64,000 nt of DNA from Promethearchaeota archaeon (GCA_029838195.1 JALGVJ010000005.1:64001-128000), one strand, 5' to 3'; positions 17,784-28,173 are shown, numbered from the stretch's first letter. Notes: a model not told the origin generated them from the letters alone. A program made the numbers and translations.

Positions 17784-18509
17784 TTATTTTAATAATTTTA
17801 CTCCATTTTCAAAATAATTTTTATCATACCGGAATTTACTTCTATTTATCAACCGTTCAACATTCGTTCTCACTGCATTTTTTGCTTGAGGAATGGAGAG
17901 GTCAAATAATGAATGGCAGATACTAATAAAGGTTTTAGGATGTCTAATTTCAAGGGGATGATGAAAATTTCCGCTAACAATGTAATTAGCTTTTTCTCGA
18001 ATTGCGAGATGGATAAAACGATAAAAATTTCTAAAATACCTCGATTGAAGATACTTATTATCCTCCATTAAGGGGGACAATGAGAGTTCTATAAATGAAT
18101 TGTTTTGTTTGGTTAGGGAAAGCACGCCTTTATCGAGAGTTTTTAAAATTGCAGGATCTGAAAAAGAAAGCAAATCAACTCGGCTGTCTCTTGCTGCCCT
18201 TATTTGAATTTCCTTATTAGCTGTTTCAACAGATATGATATGGGGTTGTTTCTCATAGGTTTTAATTTTTCTTTTAAAATCTTTTAAATTGAGAGGTTTT
18301 ATATTAATTCTTAAGTAAAGAGCTGGAGTTTTTTTTGTATTGATTAGATTTAAAAGGCGAGAAATCTGTTTCATGTTATTATTAAATGATCTCTCATCAA
18401 TCTCCAGAATGACGTGGGTTACTCCGAGCCATTCACAAATTTTTAATTTATCATTAATATTTTTTTCATCCTTAAAATTAATGGGTAAACGAGCTTCAAA
18501 ATAAGGCAA
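17784..18509 (-). CDS. rnp3: RNase P protein Rpp30
   Basis: AARDSRVDLL, FIELSLSPL, IVSG...EIRHP; adjacent to Pop5. Confidence 0.88.
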   Translation of the reverse strand: MPYFEARLPINFKDEKNINDKLKICEWLGVTHVILEIDERSFNNNMKQISRLLNLINTKKTPALYLRINIKPLNLKDFKRKIKTYEKQPHIISVETANKEIQIRAARDSRVDLLSFSDPAILKTLDKGVLSLTKQNNSFIELSLSPLMEDNKYLQSRYFRNFYRFIHLAIREKANYIVSGNFHHPLEIRHPKTFISICHSLFDLSIPQAKNAVRTNVERLINRSKFRYDKNYFENGVKLLK

Positions 18510-18734
18510 CGATAATATAACCTCTATTTCAGGGCTTCTTCTAAATCCAACTAATTAATTTTTATTTAGTTAAAAACCTCTGTAATATGAAAAATTTTTT
18601 GGAATAAAAAAGTATACCCTTACAAAAAATCTATAAGAAGATAAAATTATCATAAAATGATCCGAACGCTTGCTCAAAATTAAGATTTATTTGTTTCTCG
18701 TGCAATTTAAAGAGAAAAGAAATTGATTTCCCAT

Positions 18735-19412
18735 TCATTGGGAATTCGTTAATTTGAAAGCCCCTAATTCTTGAATGAGGAAAGTAATGATGAAGAAAAA
18801 ATGAACAATCTTTTGGGAAACGACTTGAAAATAATATACTTCGAAGCTAAAGTTCTGGGGTAATATGAAGAATGTAAAAGAATACATGATACCGAGAATA
18901 AATAAGATAAGTAAAAGAAATCCGTAGAAATTGGGGTAATTATCATTTTTAAAGATAGTAATGGCTAAAAATAAAATAGCAAGCAATCCTGAAATGTTAA
19001 AGATATTAGCGAAAATGATGTGAATATATCCAAAGATATCCCAAAATATAAAAGCTCCAACCAGTAATGCACCACAACAAATAACACCAAAAAAAATACT
19101 TATTTGAGAAAAGATATTATTATGCATGCGAGTAAAATAGAACATGAATATCATAAGGGATAAGGCCAATATAATTGACCCAATCATGTAAATAATGGAA
19201 GAGAGCACGTTTGAATTATTAGATAAAGAAACGGTTCTACTCAAATCTGAAATGTAGTTCAAAAAAAAGTCATATTTTGGAGAATTGGTGTCCAGATAAT
19301 TCCCCCCGGCATAAAAGTACATGGAAAGCATTAATAAAATTAAATATTGAACCGTGCCTATTAAAGAAATGAGAAATCCATTTCTTTTATTCATGAATTT
19401 ACTTGAGAACAT
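18735..19412 (-). CDS. DUF998-like membrane protein
   Basis: YAGG...YDFFLNYISDLSRT, several TM helices, conserved H and QK. Confidence 0.65.
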   Translation of the reverse strand: MFSSKFMNKRNGFLISLIGTVQYLILLMLSMYFYAGGNYLDTNSPKYDFFLNYISDLSRTVSLSNNSNVLSSIIYMIGSIILALSLMIFMFYFTRMHNNIFSQISIFFGVICCGALLVGAFIFWDIFGYIHIIFANIFNISGLLAILFLAITIFKNDNYPNFYGFLLLILFILGIMYSFTFFILPQNFSFEVYYFQVVSQKIVHFFFIITFLIQELGAFKLTNSQ

Positions 19413-19645
19413 GTTGTAATATCCGAATTAATCTTTATAAACTCCTTAAAAAAAGAATTATAGAAGTATTTCTGGAACAACGAAGATTTTTTTTTTTAAT
19501 CCAATGAAAAAAGAATTCCTTTCCTTAAAAATTGCATGTTCTTAGATACAATTCATCAATAGTATGTCAAGATTTGAACAAGATATTTAATCAAAAAATT
19601 TTATTTCGAAAAAGAATTTAAATTGTTATCCTTTAATAAAGTTAG

Positions 19646-20953
19646 GTGTCTTTCGTGAATAAAAAAAGAACACTCACGGAAATAAATCAAAAAATCAAAA
19701 AGGGAATTGCTAACATCCTTAGCGTCCAAGAACTTATCGATCGCTTGAAAGATGGTGAAAAAATTCAATTCGAAGATGTGGACGTGATCACGACGGCAAC
19801 AAAAGGCCTCATGAGCGGGGTTTCTGGAATTTTTTCCTTAAGATTAACACCTCCAAAGCGAGTAAGAAAATTTACTGATGTGCTAGTAAATGGAATTCCC
19901 GGATATCCTGGTCCTTGTCCCAATGAATTTCTCGGAATCATAGATTTTATCCTCTACGGTACCGCTCAAAGCGAAACCATCGAGAATTATTCTGGAGGAA
20001 AATTGTTTCGGGATTTAGTAGAAGGAAAGGAGGTTGAAATAAAAGCAAAAAGTGAGAACGGCGAAATCATTGAAAAAACCATGACATTAGATGATTTTCA
20101 ATTTGCTCGAATGATGGGAACACGCCAAGCAATAAAGAATTATTTCGCCATGGTAAATCCTTCTGAAACTCCAGTGGAAACCATTTTTTCCGTCCTTCCT
20201 TTTGAAGGAAATTGCTCTCAGTTAACTTTTTCTGGTTGTGGAGCAATGAATCCCTTTCAAAATGACCCCAATGCGGAGATTTTTGGAGTAGGAACAAAAA
20301 TTCTCGTTAACGGACAAATTGGATATATTATTGGCCCTGGAACGCGTAATGATCGATTGAAACCCAATCTGCAAACAATTTGCGATTTTAAGGGCATGTC
20401 ACCTGAATACATGGGAGCCTTAAAAACCTCATATGGATTAGAAAGCATCTGCGCCATCGCCATTCCAATTCCCATTTTAAATGAAAAAATATGGAATAAC
20501 ATTGTTAAATCGGACCATGACGTGCCTCTTGTTGTGTTAAATGTTGTAGGAAGAGAAAAATTAGGTGTTATCACCTATGGTGATGTTTGGGATGATAACT
20601 TTTTAATCATCCATAATCATAAGAAATGCAAGGATTGTACTGAGTGTCCTGTCGAAGTTCAGTGTCCAACAGGAGCTTTTAATCCTGAAAAAGGAATAGA
20701 CCGGAGTTTATGTTTCAATTGTGGGACATGTGTAACAATATGCCCTAAAAAAGCTTTCAATGTGGATTTAAAGAGAGTTAAAGTTAAACTTAATAATAAT
20801 GACCAACTTTTAGAAATTCCAGTCGTTCTTAGAGAATCTGACAGGCATGGTGCCATAAAATTAGCAGAAAAATTAAAAAAAATGATCCTTAATGAAGAAT
20901 TCATCATTAAAGAACCTACTGGAAAACTGGAATTTTATCCGAGAGTGTTTTGA
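19646..20953 (+). CDS. Methanogenesis marker 16-like metalloprotein (DUF39/homocysteine biosynthesis family with ferredoxin domain)
   Basis: RTLTEINQKIKKG, VDVITTATKGLMSG, GPCPNE, FSGCG..NP.QNDP, C-terminal CKDCTEC...CP and CFNCGTC...CP. Confidence 0.85.
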   Translation: MSFVNKKRTLTEINQKIKKGIANILSVQELIDRLKDGEKIQFEDVDVITTATKGLMSGVSGIFSLRLTPPKRVRKFTDVLVNGIPGYPGPCPNEFLGIIDFILYGTAQSETIENYSGGKLFRDLVEGKEVEIKAKSENGEIIEKTMTLDDFQFARMMGTRQAIKNYFAMVNPSETPVETIFSVLPFEGNCSQLTFSGCGAMNPFQNDPNAEIFGVGTKILVNGQIGYIIGPGTRNDRLKPNLQTICDFKGMSPEYMGALKTSYGLESICAIAIPIPILNEKIWNNIVKSDHDVPLVVLNVVGREKLGVITYGDVWDDNFLIIHNHKKCKDCTECPVEVQCPTGAFNPEKGIDRSLCFNCGTCVTICPKKAFNVDLKRVKVKLNNNDQLLEIPVVLRESDRHGAIKLAEKLKKMILNEEFIIKEPTGKLEFYPRVF

Positions 20954-21014
20954 CTAAAAATTATTGCTATTACATTTTATATTTAAAAAATAATTTCAAA
21001 TACAAGTTCATAAG

Positions 21015-21449
21015 ATGAAAATAACCAAATTTGATCAAATTGGAATAATAGTAAAAGATATTGAAAAAGCAGCAAAAATTTATGAAGATATCTTCGATTT
21101 TTCCTCTCCACTCAATATAGTAACGCAAAAATCACGAGTCATCTATAAGGGAAAGGAAATTGAATTCACCATGAAAAAAATTATGCAAAATTTCAGTGGA
21201 AAGCAATTCGAAATCATTGAATTAGTAGATTCCACAGGAGAACATTTATATTCTGATTTTATCAAAGAAGGCAATGAAGGACTCCATCATTTGGGAATTT
21301 ACATGAAAGGAGCGGAAGATTTTATTAATCAAGTTAAAAAAAAGGAGAAACTCGAAGTAATCCAACAAGGAAGCGCGGGCAAGGTTAATTTTTATTTTTT
21401 AGACACGAGAAAAATTTTGGGATATTATATTGAAATCATTTCTTTCTAA
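21015..21449 (+). CDS. VOC/glyoxalase family protein (methylmalonyl-CoA epimerase-like)
   Basis: QIGIIVKDIEKA, FEIIE, EGLHHLG, IEII. Confidence 0.85.
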   Translation: MKITKFDQIGIIVKDIEKAAKIYEDIFDFSSPLNIVTQKSRVIYKGKEIEFTMKKIMQNFSGKQFEIIELVDSTGEHLYSDFIKEGNEGLHHLGIYMKGAEDFINQVKKKEKLEVIQQGSAGKVNFYFLDTRKILGYYIEIISF

Positions 21450-21517
21450 AATGTGTGCGTGTCTGGGAAATTTTGAAAGATGAAAAAATTTTTTAGTCAT
21501 ATTTAATCCTAAGAAAT

Positions 21518-23257
21518 ATGGCTAAAATGGAAAAATTTGGTGGAGATTTATTAGTTGAACAGCTTCTAAAAGATGGAGTTCAAAAGATCTTCGGTATTGT
21601 GGGAGGAGAACTCTTACGCATTTATGACGCCATAGAACGGTGGGGTAGAGAAGAAGGAATTGATACGGTAATGGCCCGTCACGAGCAAGCTGCAGGTCAC
21701 ATGGCGGATGGATGGTCGAGGGCAACGGGAGAACTTGGGGTTTGCATGGGCACGGTAGGGCCAGGTGTCACGCATTTGGTACCTGCAGTCGCCGCAGCGA
21801 ATGCGGATTCCATCCCTCTATTAGTCATTGGTGCTCAAGTAGGTAGAATGTTTGAAGACACGGGAATATTGCAAGGGGGTTTAGATCAAATTGCACTCAT
21901 GAAACCCATAACAAAAGAAACCATTTCCGTGGAAGATCCTTATGAAATTCCTCATGCAGTGCAAAGAGCCATAAAGGTGGCAATGTCGGGAAGGAGAGGT
22001 CCCGTATTTTTAGAGCTCAGAGAAACTGCGTTAGTAAGAAAAGCTACTGAAGAAGATTTTAATAATATAAGGGAACCTTATCAATATAGACCTCTTCATA
22101 GACCAAGTGCGAATCCCGAGACTATAGAGAAAGCCGTGGAGTTGTTAAAAAATGCCTCTAAACCCATCATCATAGCAGGAGGGGGAGTAATTGCAGCAGA
22201 AGCTCATAAAGAATTACAGAAACTTTCTGTGACATATTCAATTCCGGCGGGAACCTCCATTAATGGAATTGGCTCTATCGGTTCGAATAAAAAGACTTTT
22301 TTAGGCTCTTATTTAGTGGATAATGTTTATAGGACTGCTGTTGGCGAAGCTGATATGGTATTATCTATTGGATGTAAATGGGATTATACCCTTCTTTACG
22401 GAGCACCGCCCATATGGAATCAAGAACAAAAGATCATACAAGTAGATATTGATCCGAAAGAAATTGGGAAAAATAGACCGATAGAACTTGGCATAATTGG
22501 TGATGCGAAAGCTGTACTGAACCAACTTTTACTTGCCATGGAACAGAAACTTCCCAAGGAAAAAGTTTCCGAATGGGCAAAATGGAATGAATACTTGCAA
22601 GAATTAAGGAAAAATGATGCTAAAATTATTGAAAAATTACTGAAACATAATAAATTACCCATGAAACCCGAACGACTTGCTTATGAAGTATTATCGAACA
22701 TTCCTGATGATACATTACTGGCATTAGACGGTGGAGATATTTTTGTTTTCACAATGAGCTTCATTAACATTAAACCAAGGCCTCCGAGAAGCACATTTTA
22801 TCCTGTTTCTATGGGTCATTTAGGAACGGGTATTCCTCATGCAATTGGGGCAAAAATAGCAAAACCAGACAAGCCCGTGGTATGCATAACGGGAGATGGA
22901 AGTTTCATGTTCAATGTGCAGGAATTAGAAACCGCAGTTAGGTTGAAACTACCCATCATCGTCGTGATAGGCAATAACAGCGCCTGGGGAATGATAAAAT
23001 CAAATCAAAAATTAAATTTTGGTAAACGGTATAAGGATACGGAATTTCCAGACTTAGATTATGCAGAAATAGCACGTGGGTTTGGATGTAATGGAGAGCG
23101 AATTGAAAAACCCGAAGATATAAAGCCCGCATTAGAACGAGCGCTTAAATTGGATATACCAACGGTATTAGATGTTAAAATTGCCTTTGAAACGCCGCCT
23201 GCCATGAAAATGATTGGTTTATATAAAAAGAGCAAGGGTTTATTGGGAAGAGAGTGA
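21518..23257 (+). CDS. ThDP-dependent enzyme, acetolactate synthase large subunit / 2-hydroxyacyl-CoA lyase family
   Basis: RHEQAAGHMADG, TVGPG, GDGSF...GNNSAWGMI ThDP motif. Confidence 0.9.
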   Translation: MAKMEKFGGDLLVEQLLKDGVQKIFGIVGGELLRIYDAIERWGREEGIDTVMARHEQAAGHMADGWSRATGELGVCMGTVGPGVTHLVPAVAAANADSIPLLVIGAQVGRMFEDTGILQGGLDQIALMKPITKETISVEDPYEIPHAVQRAIKVAMSGRRGPVFLELRETALVRKATEEDFNNIREPYQYRPLHRPSANPETIEKAVELLKNASKPIIIAGGGVIAAEAHKELQKLSVTYSIPAGTSINGIGSIGSNKKTFLGSYLVDNVYRTAVGEADMVLSIGCKWDYTLLYGAPPIWNQEQKIIQVDIDPKEIGKNRPIELGIIGDAKAVLNQLLLAMEQKLPKEKVSEWAKWNEYLQELRKNDAKIIEKLLKHNKLPMKPERLAYEVLSNIPDDTLLALDGGDIFVFTMSFINIKPRPPRSTFYPVSMGHLGTGIPHAIGAKIAKPDKPVVCITGDGSFMFNVQELETAVRLKLPIIVVIGNNSAWGMIKSNQKLNFGKRYKDTEFPDLDYAEIARGFGCNGERIEKPEDIKPALERALKLDIPTVLDVKIAFETPPAMKMIGLYKKSKGLLGRE

Positions 23258-23355
23258 ATTCTTTTAATTTTTTAATTTTGAGTTTTTTTAGATTTTATTT
23301 TACATTTTATATTATTAACTCGAGAAGTGATTAAAAAAGAGATGGAATCAAAAAA

Positions 23356-24156
23356 ATGGAGAGAGATTTTTTAAAAGAAAAGGTTGCATTAGTCACGGGA
23401 GCCGGAAGTGGCTTTGGAAGGAAAATGTCAGAACGATTTGCCAGTCTGGGTGCAGATTTGGTATTGAATGATATTAATATGGAAGGTTTAGAGGAGACAC
23501 GGGATATCATATTAGAAAACTATCAGAGGGAAATCTTATTAGCACGCGCAGATATTTCAGATTCAGAGCAAGTCAAAAAAATGGCAGACGAGGTATTTAA
23601 TAAATTTGACAACGTTTTTCTCTTGGTGAATAATGCGGGTATAGATGGTGGGTTATATACATCTTTAAAAGCCAAGGAAGAGATTTATGATAAAGTCATG
23701 AGTGTAAATATTAAAGGAGCTTGGAATGTTACAAAAGCTTTTTTTAGGAGAATGAAGAGGCAAAAGCAATTTAAGCCCATTGTAGGGAAAATAATAAATA
23801 TAGCATCGTGTGCTGGAACGGACAATGGTTTAAATCCCTTTATTGGCATATATAGTGCGAGTAAAGCGGCATTAATAGCATTTACTAAACTCTGGGCATT
23901 AGAATTAGGCTCCAGTAATATTACCGTGAACGCCATCTCACCAGGCGTTTTTTTAACGCCGATTTATAACAATGATCCGAAATTAATAAGACAATTTTTA
24001 GATTCTAGGGGCGTGAAATTACCCTTGAATAGAATTGGAGAGGCAGAGTGGGTTGCTGACGTAGCAGAGTTTTTAGCGTCCCCCGCCGCTGATTATATTA
24101 CAGGACAAAACATGATTCTCGATGGAGGCATGACGATTTCAATAAACAAATTATGA
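23356..24156 (+). CDS. Short-chain dehydrogenase/reductase
   Basis: TGAGSGFG, NNAG, YSASK, VNAISPG, YITGQ. Confidence 0.93.
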   Translation: MERDFLKEKVALVTGAGSGFGRKMSERFASLGADLVLNDINMEGLEETRDIILENYQREILLARADISDSEQVKKMADEVFNKFDNVFLLVNNAGIDGGLYTSLKAKEEIYDKVMSVNIKGAWNVTKAFFRRMKRQKQFKPIVGKIINIASCAGTDNGLNPFIGIYSASKAALIAFTKLWALELGSSNITVNAISPGVFLTPIYNNDPKLIRQFLDSRGVKLPLNRIGEAEWVADVAEFLASPAADYITGQNMILDGGMTISINKL

Positions 24157-24185
24157 AAAGAACGTCATTTTTCAAAAATAAAAAT

Positions 24186-24770
24186 TTATTTTCCTCGCCC
24201 TTTATTCGCTCGAATACTTGGTCTTGTTTTCTCAGAACCCCATCCTTTTTTGCGCAACCCCCGTGCTTTCTTTCCCGCGGAGGTTAATCCCCTGTGCACT
24301 CTTTTTCTATTAGCAGGGTGTAAAATCCAGTTAATTTTTGGGTCTGATTTAATGACGGGATGGTGTTTATCCACTAAAATTACTTCATAATAATGGTGTT
24401 TTCCATCCGCATGAACTTTATAACTGTTTAACACTTCCATATTAGGATATTTTCTTTGAACTCGTTCTTCTGCAACCCATTGCAAGTTCTTGCCAGGTGT
24501 ATATTTATTGACACCCATTGCACGAGGTTTTCTTCCCCTTTTAGGGCGTACTTTATGCATGCCCCCTTTTCTAATTCTTGCACGAACGATGATGTATCCT
24601 TGTTTAGCTTTATATCCTAAAGAGCGGGCTCTATAGATCTTAGTGGGCCTTTCAACACGTTGAATGGATTTACCCTTTCGATATTCGATACCTCTATGCC
24701 AATTCGGGGTATCATATCCTTTCTCGTGTCGTTCAAAAGTTTCTTTAACGTATTGATATCCTGATTTCAC
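24186..24770 (-). CDS. rpl15e: 50S ribosomal protein L15e
   Basis: ARSLGYKAKQG, EERVQRKYPNMEVLNSY, RGLTSAGKKARGL. Confidence 0.97.
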   Translation of the reverse strand: MKSGYQYVKETFERHEKGYDTPNWHRGIEYRKGKSIQRVERPTKIYRARSLGYKAKQGYIIVRARIRKGGMHKVRPKRGRKPRAMGVNKYTPGKNLQWVAEERVQRKYPNMEVLNSYKVHADGKHHYYEVILVDKHHPVIKSDPKINWILHPANRKRVHRGLTSAGKKARGLRKKGWGSEKTRPSIRANKGRGK

Positions 24771-24869
24771 TTAGATCAATTTTATTTTTTTATTTTAGGA
24801 AAATAAATTTCGCATGATTTTAGAAATTTATTATTTGCATGAATTGAAACTTCGATATATTTTGAATTT

Positions 24870-25805
24870 TTAAGAGTTATTGAAAAAATCTATAATTTTT
24901 TGAACTACTTGCATGCTTGCATTTTTTTGGGTTTCATAAGTCTGAGAGCCTATGTGAGGTGTGAGAATTAAGTTTTCCTCTAATTTACAGAAATCCAAGT
25001 TTTTAAAGGGTTCTTCACGGTAAACATCTAAAGCAGCACCTGCGATGGTTTTATTTTTTAAAGCATTTAACAAGGCTTCCTCATCAACGAGATTTCCTCG
25101 TGCGGTATTGATAAGCAAGGCGTTTTTGTCCATTAATTTTAATCTCCTTTCATCAATAATATTTTCTGTTTTTACCGTAGCCGGTACGTGGAGAGAAATG
25201 ATTTGAGAATTCTTAATTAAATCATCAACCGACGGATATATAGTAAAACCTTGCTCTAATGCTATTTTAACAGCTTTAGGATCGGTATCATAAATGCCGA
25301 TATCCATTTCAAAGGCAGCCGCTCTTTTTCCAACAGCTTGTCCGATATTTCCAAAACCGATTAGGCCCAATCGTTTTCCTTTTAATTCAAATCCCGTGTA
25401 ATCATTTTTGCACCATTCTCCGCAATGCATTCTTTTATCGATTATGGAAATTTTTCGAACTAGGGATATAATCAATCCAATTGTAAGTTCGGCTACAGAA
25501 ACCGAAGGAGCTTCAGGAGTATTAACAACCTTTATTTTTAATTGTTCCGCAGTATCTAAATCAACATTATCTAACCCGACCCCTGCTCGTCCAATGATTT
25601 TAAGGTTTTTTGCTTTTAATAATATATCACGGTAGAGTTTAGTGCGGGATCGAATTATAATAGCGTGGTATTTTTCAATTTCTTTTTCTAACTGGGGCAT
25701 GCTGATGGAAAAGTCGGTTTTCACCGCAAATCCATTATTTTTTAGGACATTAATTGACTCTTCGTGAATTCTATCTGAGATTAGAATATTCATTATATGT
25801 TTCAC
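24870..25805 (-). CDS. serA: D-3-phosphoglycerate dehydrogenase-like 2-hydroxyacid dehydrogenase (no ACT domain)
   Basis: IIRSRT, RAGVGLDNVD, SVAEL, GFGNIG, INTARG, TPHIG. Confidence 0.8.
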   Translation of the reverse strand: MKHIMNILISDRIHEESINVLKNNGFAVKTDFSISMPQLEKEIEKYHAIIIRSRTKLYRDILLKAKNLKIIGRAGVGLDNVDLDTAEQLKIKVVNTPEAPSVSVAELTIGLIISLVRKISIIDKRMHCGEWCKNDYTGFELKGKRLGLIGFGNIGQAVGKRAAAFEMDIGIYDTDPKAVKIALEQGFTIYPSVDDLIKNSQIISLHVPATVKTENIIDERRLKLMDKNALLINTARGNLVDEEALLNALKNKTIAGAALDVYREEPFKNLDFCKLEENLILTPHIGSQTYETQKNASMQVVQKIIDFFNNS

Positions 25806-25918
25806 GAATCTTGATAAAACTTATTTGTTAATTGAAATATATTATTATCGAGAATGAAAGAAGGAAGTAAAACTTTTACCTAAAATTTCTCATGTGAGGA
25901 TAAGGAAAAAGAAAAATC

Positions 25919-26437
25919 ATGGATGATAAAGATAAGAAAGAGAAAAAAGCATTTAAACCGCCTCTCATCGATGATGAAAAAGGACTTACCATAAGCTATG
26001 ATAAGGAAGAGCTAAAAAAATACTTGCCCCATTTAATGAGAGAATTAAATTCGGAAGAAGAAGGACAAACCATGAATCTTCATGAAATCAGCGATGTTTT
26101 AACAAGAGAACGGTCAAATGAGCAACTTTTGGACAAGGAAGAGAGAAGTGAACTAATCAATCCAGGAGCACTTGATTTTATTAGACGCTGTTCTAAAAAA
26201 GAAGAAGCCGTGGAAATATTGGATTTTTTATTAAAAAGAAAAGAAATTGAGAATGAAGAATATAATGATATAATGAATAAATTAAATCAAGAAGATGGAT
26301 TAAGAAAACTCATTGAAGAATGTGGTGGATTTAAAAGACCGGGTTATTATGAAAAGAAATTTTATTTAAGAAGATTTTATTTGGGTAAAAATGTAAAAAA
26401 AATTAATGATCATCAAGAAAAGGGAGAAAAAAAATGA
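25919..26437 (+). CDS. DUF2095 family protein
   Basis: KKYLPHLMREL, PGALDFIRRC...EAVEILDFL, PGYY. Confidence 0.75.
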   Translation: MDDKDKKEKKAFKPPLIDDEKGLTISYDKEELKKYLPHLMRELNSEEEGQTMNLHEISDVLTRERSNEQLLDKEERSELINPGALDFIRRCSKKEEAVEILDFLLKRKEIENEEYNDIMNKLNQEDGLRKLIEECGGFKRPGYYEKKFYLRRFYLGKNVKKINDHQEKGEKK

Positions 26438-26499
26438 TGAACTCAATGACAAGAAGAACTACTGCTCGTGGTCATGATTGAGTCATGCCCCAAAACTGA
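26434..26499 (+). ncRNA. Candidate box C/D sRNA
   Basis: Box C ATGATGA (26434-26440, overlapping a stop codon), C'-like ATGATTGA, box D CTGA (26496-26499), A-run/T-run terminal stem. Confidence 0.3.
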
Positions 26500-26573
26500 T
26501 TTTTTCTCCTTTCAAAACATTTTAAGGGATGTTTAAAAAAGAAAGGTAAAAAAACTAAATTTTCCTTCACGAT

Positions 26574-26831
26574 CTAACGAGAAGCCATTAATTTCACATA
26601 TAACTTCTTTCCTTTTTCTGTCAAGCTATATTCATCATTTTCTTTTTTAATGAGATTAAGCTCAAGGAGGACGGGCAATCTCCCGTGAATACAATTATAA
26701 GAAACTCCACTAAATAATTTTATAGTTTCTAAGTGTTTTGCACCCCTTTTTATCGACGTCAATATTTCTAAACCAATATTTCCAAGGAGATATTTCATGT
26801 ATTCCAATGATTCATGGTCCTCATTTGTCAT
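26574..26831 (-). CDS. Small winged helix-turn-helix protein
   Basis: 'RLPVLLELNLIKKENDEYSLTEKG' wing motif. Confidence 0.75.
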   Translation of the reverse strand: MTNEDHESLEYMKYLLGNIGLEILTSIKRGAKHLETIKLFSGVSYNCIHGRLPVLLELNLIKKENDEYSLTEKGKKLYVKLMASR

Positions 26832-26916
26832 GATATTGAGAGCGTGGAAATTTTTTTAGAATCAACTTGTTTGGGAAAAATTCAGTATTTTAGTTTTCTG
26901 TTGGATAAAAAAGGTA

Positions 26917-28173
26917 TTATTTATTAATATTTTTTTTTTTAAAATTTTCTTCAGATCCTCTTTTATTAAAAACTTTAGAGATTTGATCTTCCCCTTTAAT
27001 ATTTCTATCATTGAAGGAAGGGAGACTTTCTTTCATTGGTGTATATTTATTCGCTATAACGGGTTTTGTCTCTTTAGGTAAAAGCTTTCTTAAATATTGT
27101 GGAAAGGTCGTGGATACTTGAATATTCGTCTTCAAAAATAAATATTTTTCTCCTTTATACTCCAATTCATCAATAATATCATGTTTTCTTAAAAAATCTA
27201 AGATTTCATTCAATGCAGTTAATGTTTTTTCCGATACAAGTGTTGGTAATTTACTGACGGGAATCAGTCGATCTCGTAATTCAAATAATACGTTATATTT
27301 TTTTGGATCTGCTAGTACCTGAAAAAGAATGAAGGAATCTTCCAACAGCTCCTCCTTGGTTTTTAATATATAATTACTAAAATATTCTTTTATCTCTGGT
27401 AAGATTAAAGCAATCAATTCAGGATTCTCATCAATATATTCAATAACACTGAAAGGAGGGATCCTCTCCGCATTGACTTCTTTTAGCAATAAAACATATT
27501 TTTCTACCCGGCCAATCTCATTAATGAAAATAAATTGATTATCAATTAAAGTATCAATGAGCTCCTTAAAGTCTTTATCGGAAAATTTCTCTTGGAACCA
27601 ATCTTCTAAATCTTCCAGTGATATAGGTCCTTGAGATAATTTTTTTAGAGTTAAAAAGATATATTTTTTATTGATTAATGATGCGATGATTTCTTCTTCG
27701 CTTTTTTCTCTAGTTTCTTCAACGATTGCCCGATATAAATCTCTGACGAGCTCTTTCATCAACTGGTGATTTTTTAGGATGAGTTCTCTATCCTCCTCAT
27801 CATAATATTCCAATTCATTAATATGAAAAGCGGTGAAAATCTGATCGTTAGCTTGAAATTTTTTAGAAAATTCATGACATAAATTTAATACTTTTGACTC
27901 AACTTCAAGGGTAGTTTTATAGTCAAATATTATCGATACCATGAGCATTTCTTTGTTTCCACGAGCCCAATCGGAATCAATCTCAAAATAATAATTCATG
28001 GAATGAAATTTCTCAAAAGAATGCGTAAAAAATCCCTCATCAATGACTTGATCCATGATATTTGCAATTCGAATAGAAAGTTGTTCATCTAAAAGGGATT
28101 CTGGGTAAGCATAAGCATTTATTGGACCAATCTTTTTATGAAAATAAGATAAGCAAACAATCGTCGTTTTCAA
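26917..28173 (-). CDS. Longin/uDENN (NPR2-like) N-terminal domain plus tandem winged-helix protein
   Basis: 'LSYFHKKIGP...YP' longin/uDENN start, 'YYFEIDSDWARG...MVSII'; two wHTH-like segments in the C-terminal half. Confidence 0.6.
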   Translation of the reverse strand: MKTTIVCLSYFHKKIGPINAYAYPESLLDEQLSIRIANIMDQVIDEGFFTHSFEKFHSMNYYFEIDSDWARGNKEMLMVSIIFDYKTTLEVESKVLNLCHEFSKKFQANDQIFTAFHINELEYYDEEDRELILKNHQLMKELVRDLYRAIVEETREKSEEEIIASLINKKYIFLTLKKLSQGPISLEDLEDWFQEKFSDKDFKELIDTLIDNQFIFINEIGRVEKYVLLLKEVNAERIPPFSVIEYIDENPELIALILPEIKEYFSNYILKTKEELLEDSFILFQVLADPKKYNVLFELRDRLIPVSKLPTLVSEKTLTALNEILDFLRKHDIIDELEYKGEKYLFLKTNIQVSTTFPQYLRKLLPKETKPVIANKYTPMKESLPSFNDRNIKGEDQISKVFNKRGSEENFKKKNINK

